Below, piece by piece: positions 1 to 6,246 of a stretch of DNA of 36,776 bases. This stretch comes from a virus: IMG/VR virus record IMGVR_UViG_3300045988_112955; one strand, 5' to 3'. A program made the translations under genes and the position numbers. A model generated the notes under the pieces. It was given only the letters and a program-made list of their open reading frames with translations. It was not told the origin of the DNA and did no database searches. Position 1 is the stretch's first letter; each line of letters starts with the position of its first letter.

Positions 1-119
1 AATGATAATTATAATGGCTACGTAATTTTGAGCATAAGTATATAAAATTTAATAAATTTGATTACAAAAATAAGCTATTTTATAGTAAAAGCATACTCAT
101 TTTAACCATTCTAATTTAA
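1..119. repeat. Terminal direct repeat, copy 1 (identical to 36658..36776)
   Basis: Read by eye: aatgataattataatggctacg...aaccattctaatttaa is identical at both ends. It is AT-rich, has no ORF and shows no tRNA-like fold. Confidence 0.95.
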
Positions 120-143
120 TTTGGGAGTTTTTTGGGAGTAAAA
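120..143 (+). repeat. GGGAGT direct repeats (TTTGGGAGT 120-128; TTTGGGAGTAAAA 131-143), candidate integrase arm-type sites
   Basis: The same 13-mer TTTGGGAGTAAAA occurs at 36608-36620, followed by AGGAGTAAAA at 36621-36630. The two pairs flank the 119-bp repeat next to the integrase 3' end. Confidence 0.35.
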
Positions 144-165
144 TTAATTTTATTCAATAATACCA

Positions 166-194
166 TTGACATATTAGTACCAATATGTTATTAT
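166..194 (+). promoter_or_regulatory. Sigma-A-like promoter of the left-end small-ORF operon
   Basis: TTGACA (166-171), 17-nt spacer, TATTAT (189-194), with TG at 186-187 in extended -10 position. It lies just upstream of the RBS of the 41-aa ORF. Confidence 0.6.
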
Positions 195-216
195 ATATAT
201 GTAAGGAGGGAACGAT

Positions 217-342
217 ATGGATAAGAAAACAATTAAAGACTTGCTAGAAATTCTAAGTTCTATAATCCAACTTGCTACGGCGGTTATAGTTCTTAAATCA
301 ACTACCAAGTCTAAGAAGTCCAAGAAACGCAAGAGGAAATAA
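217..342 (+). CDS. 41-aa membrane-helix peptide with poly-Lys/Arg tail (type I toxin-like)
   Basis: Not in the ORF track (too short); my own translation. ATG 217 lies 6 nt after AAGGAGGG (203-210). Product MDKKTIKDLLEILSSIIQLATAVIVLKSTTKSKKSKKRKRK; TAA at 340-342. Confidence 0.6.
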   Translation: MDKKTIKDLLEILSSIIQLATAVIVLKSTTKSKKSKKRKRK

Positions 343-349
343 TCCTCTT
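331..349. terminator. Stem-loop spanning the stop codon of the 41-aa ORF (possible bidirectional attenuator)
   Basis: AAGAGGA (331-337) pairs with TCCTCTT (343-349); the 5-nt loop AATAA contains the stop. It is followed by GGTTTCTT on + and GCGTTTCTT on -. Confidence 0.4.
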
Positions 350-367
350 GGTTTCTTACCCACTTAC

Positions 368-395
368 ATTATACCATAATTTAGAAAGGAGTAAA
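368..395 (-). promoter_or_regulatory. Antisense promoter pointing into the 3' end of the 41-aa ORF
   Basis: Minus strand reads TTTACT (395-390), 16-nt spacer, TGGTATAAT (376-368), which is a perfect extended -10. Confidence 0.55.
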
Positions 396-399
396 CATT

Positions 400-576
400 A
401 TGAATAACAAACAAAAGAAAAGCATTTCATTATTATTACTCTTATTATCTTCTACGACTTTAGCTACTTCCAACAAAGATACATTTTTAGGGATAACAGC
501 ATCTGCCCTTTCTATTGTTACTTTTATTATAAGTTGTATAACACTTAAAAAAATATCAAAGGAAAATTTAAAATGA
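400..576 (+). CDS. 58-aa small membrane/secreted protein
   Basis: Own translation: ATG 400 lies 8 nt after AAAGGAG (385-391). Product MNNKQKKSISLLLLLLSSTTLATSNKDTFLGITASALSIVTFIISCITLKKISKENLK, with a signal-peptide-like N-terminus plus a second hydrophobic segment. Its TGA overlaps the next ATG. Confidence 0.6.
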   Translation: MNNKQKKSISLLLLLLSSTTLATSNKDTFLGITASALSIVTFIISCITLKKISKENLK

Positions 577-791
577 GTGAAAAAAAATTCGATCAAACAA
601 AATATATAAACGAATGGGCAAAAGAAAACATGAAACAGGTTAAAGCTAGTTACAAAGCTGAATTTGTAAAAGAGTTCAAAGAAGCCTTGAAACTTTTGAA
701 TGATGGCAAACCTAAAGAAGAACAAATAAGCCAAAGTGATGTAATAAGAGAAGCGATGTTGCAAGTAATTAAAAAAGCGAAAAAAAAATAA
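573..791 (+). CDS. 72-aa basic protein, possible ribbon-helix-helix DNA binder
   Basis: ATGA overlap with the upstream ORF. The pattern is a short strand (MKQVKASY) followed by two helices (AEFVKEFKEALKLL; SQSDVIREAMLQVIKKA). A strong terminator follows. Confidence 0.6.
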   Translation: MSEKKFDQTKYINEWAKENMKQVKASYKAEFVKEFKEALKLLNDGKPKEEQISQSDVIREAMLQVIKKAKKK

Positions 792-794
792 AAA

Positions 795-835
795 AGAACA
801 CTACTCCCCAAGCGGATAGTAGTGTTCTTTTTATT
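795..835 (+). terminator. Rho-independent terminator of the left-end plus-strand operon
   Basis: Perfect 11-bp stem AGAACACTACT (795-805) / AGTAGTGTTCT (818-828), 12-nt loop, then TTTTATT. Confidence 0.8.
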
Positions 836-929
836 ATAGATTTTGACATAAGTATGTAATATAGATGTCTAATAAATTATACTCATTTGGATTGTATAAT
901 TTAGACAGATTATAAATATTTAACTCCAT
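834..929 (-). CDS. 31-aa ORF with strong RBS
   Basis: Own translation: AGGAGGTGA (943-935), 5 nt, ATG 929. Product MELNIYNLSKLYNPNEYNLLDIYITYLCQNL; TAA at 836-834. No family recognised. Confidence 0.4.
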   Translation of the reverse strand: MELNIYNLSKLYNPNEYNLLDIYITYLCQNL

Positions 930-1033
930 AATTTTCACCTCCTATTATTACTTACTGATAAAATTTTAAAATTACTTTTTATTTTTGAAATTTTTTTAAA
1001 AAAATAACAATAATAATATATAAAGGTGATTGA

Positions 1034-1207
1034 ATGAATCCAAAAGAGAAAAAATTAAACAAAGCGGTAGAAGAACTTAGAAAATACGATAAAATAATTA
1101 AAAGTCTTAGAAAAAGCGGAGATAATGAAAAGATACTATTTTATGAACAAAAAAGGAATAAACAGAAAGTAATAATAAAAAATTTAAGGAGTTATCTTAA
1201 TGAATAA
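1034..1207 (+). CDS. 57-aa highly basic coiled-coil protein
   Basis: Own translation: AAAGGTGA (1022-1029) then ATG 1034. Product MNPKEKKLNKAVEELRKYDKIIKSLRKSGDNEKILFYEQKRNKQKVIIKNLRSYLNE. A hairpin follows at 1213-1241. Confidence 0.5.
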   Translation: MNPKEKKLNKAVEELRKYDKIIKSLRKSGDNEKILFYEQKRNKQKVIIKNLRSYLNE

Positions 1208-1212
1208 ATAAA

Positions 1213-1241
1213 AAAGCCTAGATTACATTGTTCTAGGCTTT
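1213..1241. terminator. Bidirectional terminator between convergent units
   Basis: AGCCTAGA (1215-1222) pairs with TCTAGGCT (1232-1239), extendable by two A-T pairs, with a 9-nt loop. An A-run on the + side becomes a U-run for the minus-strand transcript. Confidence 0.65.
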
Positions 1242-1411
1242 AATATATATTTACATTTAATATATCTATAATGCACGTTAATAACTTTTCCATACCCAGC
1301 ATCTAAAACAAGATATGTAGGCATCGCAAATAAAATGGGATATTCCATTCGTGTGTCCAATTTATTCATGTCTAAATCAACTGCATTGCGTTTCAAATAT
1401 ACTTTATTCAT
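1223..1411 (-). CDS. Hypothetical 62-aa protein (doubtful)
   Basis: ATG overlaps the stop of the upstream ORF (TATTATGAATAA). The stop lies inside the terminator loop. No recognisable motif. Confidence 0.3.
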   Translation of the reverse strand: MNKVYLKRNAVDLDMNKLDTRMEYPILFAMPTYLVLDAGYGKVINVHYRYIKCKYILKPRTM

Positions 1412-1637
1412 AATAAATGCCTATCTGATTTTCTAATTCAGCTGATAATTCAGAATACTTTTTGTACTGCTTAAAATAATAATCTCTGTCATTTTGAGTA
1501 TCTTCTAATTCCTCGCTTATGCACTCGATTTTGATGTCTTGATTTCTTATTTCATTTAAAAGTCCAACACATACATAAATTAGAATAGCGATTACTAAAA
1601 ATAGTATAGCAATCGCTTTTTCGCTATTCTTTTTCAT
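1404..1637 (-). CDS. 77-aa N-terminally anchored coiled-coil membrane protein downstream of the endolysin
   Basis: TM segment AIAILFLVIAILIYVCVGLL followed by an acidic coiled coil. It starts 2 nt after the amidase stop. Confidence 0.6.
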   Translation of the reverse strand: MKKNSEKAIAILFLVIAILIYVCVGLLNEIRNQDIKIECISEELEDTQNDRDYYFKQYKKYSELSAELENQIGIYYE

Positions 1638-1639
1638 AA

Positions 1640-2569
1640 TTAATAACTCTTACCTGATAAAAAATATGGCCATGTTTTAGAACCAACTTCACCATCATCA
1701 TCTAAGCCACGATTTTTTTGGAATTTCTTAACTTTCTCTTTTGTGTTAGTTCCAAAATCTCCATCGATTGTTAAACTAAAACCTACGCTTACAAGACGTT
1801 TTTGAAGCAATCGAGTAATATTGCCTTTAGCACCTTTTTTAACTAGAGGACAAGCACTTTTTGTACGTTTCCCATCGATTCCATCAACAACTAAGGTTTT
1901 ACCCTCATAATCCCTAAAGCCTTGTCTATTTAATTCATTTTGTAAATCAGCTACCCATTGATCGTAATTAGATGGCTTTGATGCTGGTGTAGGGGTTGGT
2001 TGTGGGGTAGGTTCTACTGGTTTAGATGTTCCGTTTAATCCAAATCTTTCTACAATGCCATTTACAATAGCTTGTGCAATATCATTCTTATGTTCTTGAT
2101 ATGTTTTAATATCATTTGCATTATCAATAAAGCAAGTTTCTAATAATGCGCTTGATACACCTTTATTTCTTAATGTTTTAATAACTAAAAAATCACTTCT
2201 TTTTACTCCACGATTACTAAATCCAATACTAGCAATATTATTAACGATTGCTTGTTCAATTGAATATCCCTTTTCTGATTTAGTGATATAAATTTCAGTT
2301 CCTTTTGCATTTCCATCAAAAGCATTGAAATGAATTTCAAAAGCATAATCAATTTTATCAAACGCAATGGGTAAATACTTTGTAAATACCCCGTTTTTTA
2401 TGTCTTTATAAGCGTTTCTCTCTCTTGGGTAACGATATACCTTTGCATAGGTATTTAGCTTAGAAACAACTAAATCAGCTAATTCTCTTGTTAAATCAGC
2501 TTCCTTATATCCGTTTCCTAATGCGCCACTATCTCCAGCACCATGACCATTCAATAATAAGATATTCAT
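1640..2569 (-). CDS. Endolysin: N-acetylmuramoyl-L-alanine amidase (Amidase_3 type) with two PG_binding_1-like repeats
   Basis: MNILLLNGHGAGDSGALGNGYKEADL start; Pro/Thr linker PVEPTPQPTPTPASKP; repeats LQNELNRQGF..DGIDGKRT and LQKRLVSVGFSLTIDGDFGTNT..DDDGEVGSKTW. RBS GGAGG. Confidence 0.9.
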   Translation of the reverse strand: MNILLLNGHGAGDSGALGNGYKEADLTRELADLVVSKLNTYAKVYRYPRERNAYKDIKNGVFTKYLPIAFDKIDYAFEIHFNAFDGNAKGTEIYITKSEKGYSIEQAIVNNIASIGFSNRGVKRSDFLVIKTLRNKGVSSALLETCFIDNANDIKTYQEHKNDIAQAIVNGIVERFGLNGTSKPVEPTPQPTPTPASKPSNYDQWVADLQNELNRQGFRDYEGKTLVVDGIDGKRTKSACPLVKKGAKGNITRLLQKRLVSVGFSLTIDGDFGTNTKEKVKKFQKNRGLDDDGEVGSKTWPYFLSGKSY

Positions 2570-2589
2570 TTTTATTTCCTCCAGTTTAA

Positions 2590-2611
2590 AAGAGCAGTAT
2601 AAACTGCTCTT
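2590..2611 (-). terminator. Hairpin immediately upstream of the endolysin RBS
   Basis: AAGAGCAGT (2590-2598) pairs with ACTGCTCTT (2603-2611), loop ATAA. On the minus strand it is followed by TTTTAAACTGGAGG, and it overlaps the stop of the 108-aa ORF. Confidence 0.5.
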
Positions 2612-2936
2612 AAATAATTTTTAATGTTTTTATTTCTTTATCCATTCCTACGATCATTCCATTGCCGCCTAAATTAATATACGCAGTATACATCATATCC
2701 CAATTACTTAGAGCGTAAGACGGTATCGCGCTTAAAGCCATATAATGATCGTGGTATTCGATTAATTTAACTCTTAATAAACATACGATTCCATCACTTA
2801 TCGCCGATTCTTTTACTAGATTTTCTTCTTTTCGAGTATCTCTGATTTTTCTATTCTCTTTAAGTTGATTAGTAAGTAAAAAGACCAATACACCACTCGT
2901 TAGTGATGGAATGACACCTAACACTATTTCAAGCAT
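2610..2936 (-). CDS. 108-aa membrane protein between holin and endolysin (lysis accessory?)
   Basis: Single N-terminal TM (VLGVIPSLTSGVLVFLLT); position inside the lysis cassette; RBS AAGGA. Confidence 0.6.
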   Translation of the reverse strand: MLEIVLGVIPSLTSGVLVFLLTNQLKENRKIRDTRKEENLVKESAISDGIVCLLRVKLIEYHDHYMALSAIPSYALSNWDMMYTAYINLGGNGMIVGMDKEIKTLKII

Positions 2937-2941
2937 AATTT

Positions 2942-3214
2942 CTAATCCTTTTTAGGTTCGTTATATTCTAATGCATTTTGACTATCCGTAACACCTTTTG
3001 TTGTTGGGTCATTAATCGCTGACCACGCATTATATGCACATAAAACGAGTAAGTAGGGATTAGATACAATTCCTTTAAACAGGTTAAAAACACCTTGCCA
3101 TGTTGTCAAATCTTGCGGTTTAAGTCCGTTATATGCCAATGCTGCTAAAATAACGCCACCAAGCACTTGAACCCAAAAAATCGGGTTCTTAATTCTAACT
3201 TTCCAATTAATCAT
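2942..3214 (-). CDS. Holin (phi-LC3 / Phage_holin_1 type)
   Basis: MINWKVRIKNPIFWVQVLGG..., two TM segments, ...INDPTTKGVTDSQNALEY signature as I remember the family. RBS AAGGAG. Lies upstream of the amidase. Confidence 0.85.
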   Translation of the reverse strand: MINWKVRIKNPIFWVQVLGGVILAALAYNGLKPQDLTTWQGVFNLFKGIVSNPYLLVLCAYNAWSAINDPTTKGVTDSQNALEYNEPKKD

Positions 3215-3334
3215 TTTATTTTCTCCTTAATTAAATTTTCATTAATACAACTCTATATTGAACTGTATTAACATTCCCACCACTATTGTTAGCCAATTTA
3301 CTAAAATCAACACCAATATCAAATGAGCACCTTA

Positions 3335-3460
3335 TTATTTAATCAATTCTTCATGTCCTAGTTCAATTAAAATTCGTTTGACTTCCGCTTTTAACGCTTG
3401 AGGTACTTTGTCATACGTTAATTTTTCATCTAAGATTCTGTAAACTAAAAAATTCGCCAT
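3335..3460 (-). CDS. 41-aa conserved-looking small protein after the fibre genes
   Basis: Own translation: MANFLVYRILDEKLTYDKVPQALKAEVKRILIELGHEELIK. ATG 3460 lies 1 nt after the upstream stop. It resembles the short proteins (CD1375/XkdX-position) found between fibres and holin in Bacillota phages; this is from recollection only. Confidence 0.5.
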   Translation of the reverse strand: MANFLVYRILDEKLTYDKVPQALKAEVKRILIELGHEELIK

Positions 3461-3461
3461 T

Positions 3462-3833
3462 TTAATTACCACCCATCATTGTTAAAATTAAATCTTGAAC
3501 CGCTTGTGCGGTTACTTCCTGTTCTCGTTTTAATATTTCTAATTCACTTGGTTTATTCAATTCTTCAAGTTCTTCATCAGTATAAGGAATATAAACATAA
3601 ATATCTTCATATTCGTCATACTCTTCTTGAGGGGCTTGATAAGGAACGTCAATTATTTTTTCAACATCCTTACCACCGTTTGGATATTCCGCAATAGTTT
3701 CGTAGTGCCATTGCTCCTTAATTTCTTCTGCAGCTTCATGGTGCTTCACAAATAATTTATCCAGTTCTAAATGTCCTTTATTTAAATCATATTCTTTTAA
3801 TTCCTGTGTCTTATCTTCACTAAAAACTCTCAT
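3462..3833 (-). CDS. 123-aa acidic hypothetical protein (tail-fibre region)
   Basis: RBS AAAGGGGGA; intact ORF in operon context; no motif recognised. Confidence 0.6.
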   Translation of the reverse strand: MRVFSEDKTQELKEYDLNKGHLELDKLFVKHHEAAEEIKEQWHYETIAEYPNGGKDVEKIIDVPYQAPQEEYDEYEDIYVYIPYTDEELEELNKPSELEILKREQEVTAQAVQDLILTMMGGN

Positions 3834-3845
3834 ATCTATCCCCCT

Positions 3846-4514
3846 TTAAGAAACTCGTTTCCACATATAACAGGTTATATATGGCTGCAGGTTGTTATGT
3901 GGTTGGTTTCCACCTGTATTTTTTATAACATCGGTTTGTGTTCCTGCAATCATATAATAACCATAGTTCCCGCTCGACACTGGCATGCCTGTAAATTGTT
4001 GTCCGAAATCATGTTTATGGCTCGGCATTTCACCGACAGTTAATGTATGTTCTTTTTCTCCGCCCGTTTTTTCTACAGTTTTGAAATCACTATCGCTTGA
4101 ATTAATACCAATAGGTACTCTTCCACTTCCCCACTGTGTCCATGTACCACCAAATAAAGACGCGGGCGAAGTTGAGCTAACGCTCATATAGATAGCGCCA
4201 ACAGGGTAAATATCATCTTTAAGTGCTAGATCCTTAAACACATAGTTCGAACCTTCTTTGTATACCCATTGCGGCTTTTGATTCTTATCATAACCATACA
4301 AGCAAGCTACTAATTCATCAGAGCCCAGGGCCAATAAACCACCTCGTACAGTCCCAAATGCCTGTTTATATCCACTGGCAGTATTAATTTTAAAGTAAAG
4401 AGCATCTATATTAAAGTCACCCTCCATAGTACCGCCTTTAGTTGAAATGAATTTAGATTTCAGTGAATTTAAAGCACGTTTTAATTTGAGTGTACTTATA
4501 ATTTTATCGTCCAT
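3846..4514 (-). CDS. Tail fibre tip / tail-collar-like receptor-binding protein
   Basis: GAIYMSVSSTSPASLFGGTWTQWG and GGEKEHTLTVGEMPSHKH resemble the phage tail-collar (MdpB-like) pattern. ATG 4514 follows TAGGTG; the track start 4523 is a GTG directly after the upstream stop. Confidence 0.65.
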   Translation of the reverse strand: MDDKIISTLKLKRALNSLKSKFISTKGGTMEGDFNIDALYFKINTASGYKQAFGTVRGGLLALGSDELVACLYGYDKNQKPQWVYKEGSNYVFKDLALKDDIYPVGAIYMSVSSTSPASLFGGTWTQWGSGRVPIGINSSDSDFKTVEKTGGEKEHTLTVGEMPSHKHDFGQQFTGMPVSSGNYGYYMIAGTQTDVIKNTGGNQPHNNLQPYITCYMWKRVS

Positions 4515-4523
4515 ATTATTCAC

Positions 4524-5630
4524 CTACCCGAAAATTTCTGTAATTATAGCATCGATATCTGAATCAGTAGCATAACTCATGCCGTCTAATTTTGCTTTGT
4601 CATCTTTGCTCATTAAACCGTTTGCGGTAGAACTTGCTAAACCGTAAGTTGTATCTTGTGCGGGAATGCCTAAAGCCGTAATATCTGCTTTGGTAACCGC
4701 AGCAGCCTGGCTGATATGTCCCGTTGCATCTACAACAATCTTATATAATCCGCTTGCACGGCTTGTATAGGACGGGTGAGTATAGTTATTAAGAGATGCT
4801 AATTTATTTTTTTCAGCCGTAGTATAATCGTTTGTACTAAGCCCTTTACCGCTGACTGCATCAACTTTAGCTGCCAGCTTGGTATTCATTTCGGCTTCTG
4901 TGTAATAACGGTCATCATGCGTATGTGTACTTGGTGGAAATGTGCTCGGTTTCCCTGTAACACCGCTCCAAGGCACATTTGTGGCAGCACCAGCAGTATA
5001 GACCTCATATCCCTCATCGGTAGATAATTTTGTATCGTCTACAACGAAATACATCAGACCCGTAGCAGTGACCTTAACAGTATCGCCGACTTGTACTGTT
5101 GCAGTGGTTAAGGCTTTACGTGCGGTATCATCAGCAACAACTATACATCGTTCCAATGCCCCTTTTGGCATTCTTTCAATATCAATAACACCGCTTATAA
5201 TCTTTCCTGCATCAATACCCGTAATATCCGCATTCCCATGTTGATGTGTTTTGTTAGCTTTAGTATCTAAAGCCTTTTGGGCAGCAGTAGAAACAGGTTT
5301 GTTTAAATCGCTTGTATTGTCTACGTTACCAAGTCCCACTTCGCTTTTTGTTACATTCCCCCAGGCAATAGAGCCAGCGGCAGCACCAGCTTTTAAAACT
5401 TTCCCGTTATTTGTTGTTCCAGTCGCTGGAACATGCATATTCCCATCGCCGGTTGGATGTGTATAATTATTAAGAGAAGCTAATTTATTCTTTTCGGTAG
5501 TTGTATAATCATTTGTAGACAGCTGTTTCCCATCTACCTTATCAACTTTGCCATTAAGCAGTAAATCTTCTTTAGCGGCTAACTGCTGACCGAAATCAAG
5601 CAGATTATCAGTTGTAATAATTTTACTCAT
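4524..5630 (-). CDS. Tail fibre protein with two copies of the LSTNDYT..EKNKL repeat
   Basis: GKQLSTNDYTTTEKNKLASLNNYTHP (aa 34-59) and GKGLSTNDYTTAEKNKLASLNNYTHP (aa 261-286). This motif is common in Bacillota phage fibres. RBS GAGGAGGAAG. Confidence 0.8.
   Translation of the reverse strand: MSKIITTDNLLDFGQQLAAKEDLLLNGKVDKVDGKQLSTNDYTTTEKNKLASLNNYTHPTGDGNMHVPATGTTNNGKVLKAGAAAGSIAWGNVTKSEVGLGNVDNTSDLNKPVSTAAQKALDTKANKTHQHGNADITGIDAGKIISGVIDIERMPKGALERCIVVADDTARKALTTATVQVGDTVKVTATGLMYFVVDDTKLSTDEGYEVYTAGAATNVPWSGVTGKPSTFPPSTHTHDDRYYTEAEMNTKLAAKVDAVSGKGLSTNDYTTAEKNKLASLNNYTHPSYTSRASGLYKIVVDATGHISQAAAVTKADITALGIPAQDTTYGLASSTANGLMSKDDKAKLDGMSYATDSDIDAIITEIFG
4773..4850 (-). repeat. Intragenic repeat copy 2 (fibre aa 261-286)
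   Basis: In-frame 26-codon duplicate of 5454-5531 with 2 aa differences. Confidence 0.85.
5454..5531 (-). repeat. Intragenic repeat copy 1 (fibre aa 34-59)
   Basis: See 4773-4850. Confidence 0.85.
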
Positions 5631-5634
5631 TTTT

Positions 5635-6237
5635 TTATCTTCCTCCTCGAATATTTTCTATAATATTGTCTATATCTTCATCATTTGCGAAGTTATAGCT
5701 TGGTCTCAAATTTGGAGTTATAATTTCTTTGTATCTGTCGGTTACTTTTAATTTGTAAGTTTCAACATTATCCTCCACTACGTCAACAACTGGACTAAAA
5801 CCATCGAACTCCCCGCCATTTACTCTTTTCTCTAAATCTTCTATCGCATTAAGCATCTTATCATAAAGAAATTCTAAATTAGGGTCTATTGGAAGTTCTT
5901 GTACTTCGTTCGTAAAGGTCGCTTGAACTATTTCCAAATTAAAAGGATTCATGACTCTTACACGACCCTCATTATCCCTAATCACCAGTTGACAAGTATA
6001 CGTACCACTCCACTTTGTTAAGTCTTCTGTTACTATAAATTGATTTCCCCTAAGCGGTACATCTTTTATTGTCTTTCTTTGGTATGTTATTTTAAGATTA
6101 TATTTGTATCCCTCTTTAAATAAATCATCATTTAGAAATCTTACAATGGTAACTTCGTTATCATACTGGTTGGCGACTTTTCGCGTAGTTATAGTGGAAT
6201 GATCAATTTTTAAACTAATATCAATATAATTAATCAT
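5635..6237 (-). CDS. Baseplate/fibre-associated protein (BppU-N-like fold suspected)
   Basis: 200 aa; WSGTYTCQLVIRDNEGRVRVMNPFNLEIV resembles the BppU-type N-domain pattern. C-terminal NFANDEDIDNIIENIRGGR tag. RBS AGGAGG. Confidence 0.5.
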   Translation of the reverse strand: MINYIDISLKIDHSTITTRKVANQYDNEVTIVRFLNDDLFKEGYKYNLKITYQRKTIKDVPLRGNQFIVTEDLTKWSGTYTCQLVIRDNEGRVRVMNPFNLEIVQATFTNEVQELPIDPNLEFLYDKMLNAIEDLEKRVNGGEFDGFSPVVDVVEDNVETYKLKVTDRYKEIITPNLRPSYNFANDEDIDNIIENIRGGR

Positions 6238-6246
6238 ACATACCTC

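Noticed and set aside
58-86. Promoter-like TTGATT-17-TATAGT inside the terminal repeat
   Set aside because: Such matches are expected by chance in about 80 percent A+T DNA. The downstream operon has its own much better promoter at 166-194.
1-119. tRNA or tmRNA fragment as the att core
   Set aside because: The 119-mer is about 80 percent A+T, has no acceptor or T-arm-like complementarity that I could find, and has no GTTCRANYC-type box.
381-764. 127-aa minus-strand ORF from the track
   Set aside because: It is antisense to three plus-strand small genes that have RBSs, a promoter and a terminator. Its product is a Phe/Leu-rich low-complexity string typical of the shadow frame of AT-rich coding DNA, and it has no RBS.
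842-900. Plus-strand promoter-like elements (TTGACA at 842; TTGTATAAT at 892-900)
   Set aside because: The two hexamers are not at a workable spacing from each other. No plus-strand ORF with an RBS follows before 1034, and the region is coding on the minus strand (31-aa ORF).
3242-3322. 26-aa hydrophobic ORF upstream of the holin
   Set aside because: It has only a TTG start with a moderate AAGGTG site. It is too short to call as a feature and is mentioned only in the lysis-cassette finding.
4773-5531. Possible diversity-generating retroelement (template/variable repeat pair) in the fibre
   Set aside because: Both repeat copies are in frame inside one gene. Their differences are not adenine-specific as far as I can see, and the window contains no reverse transcriptase.
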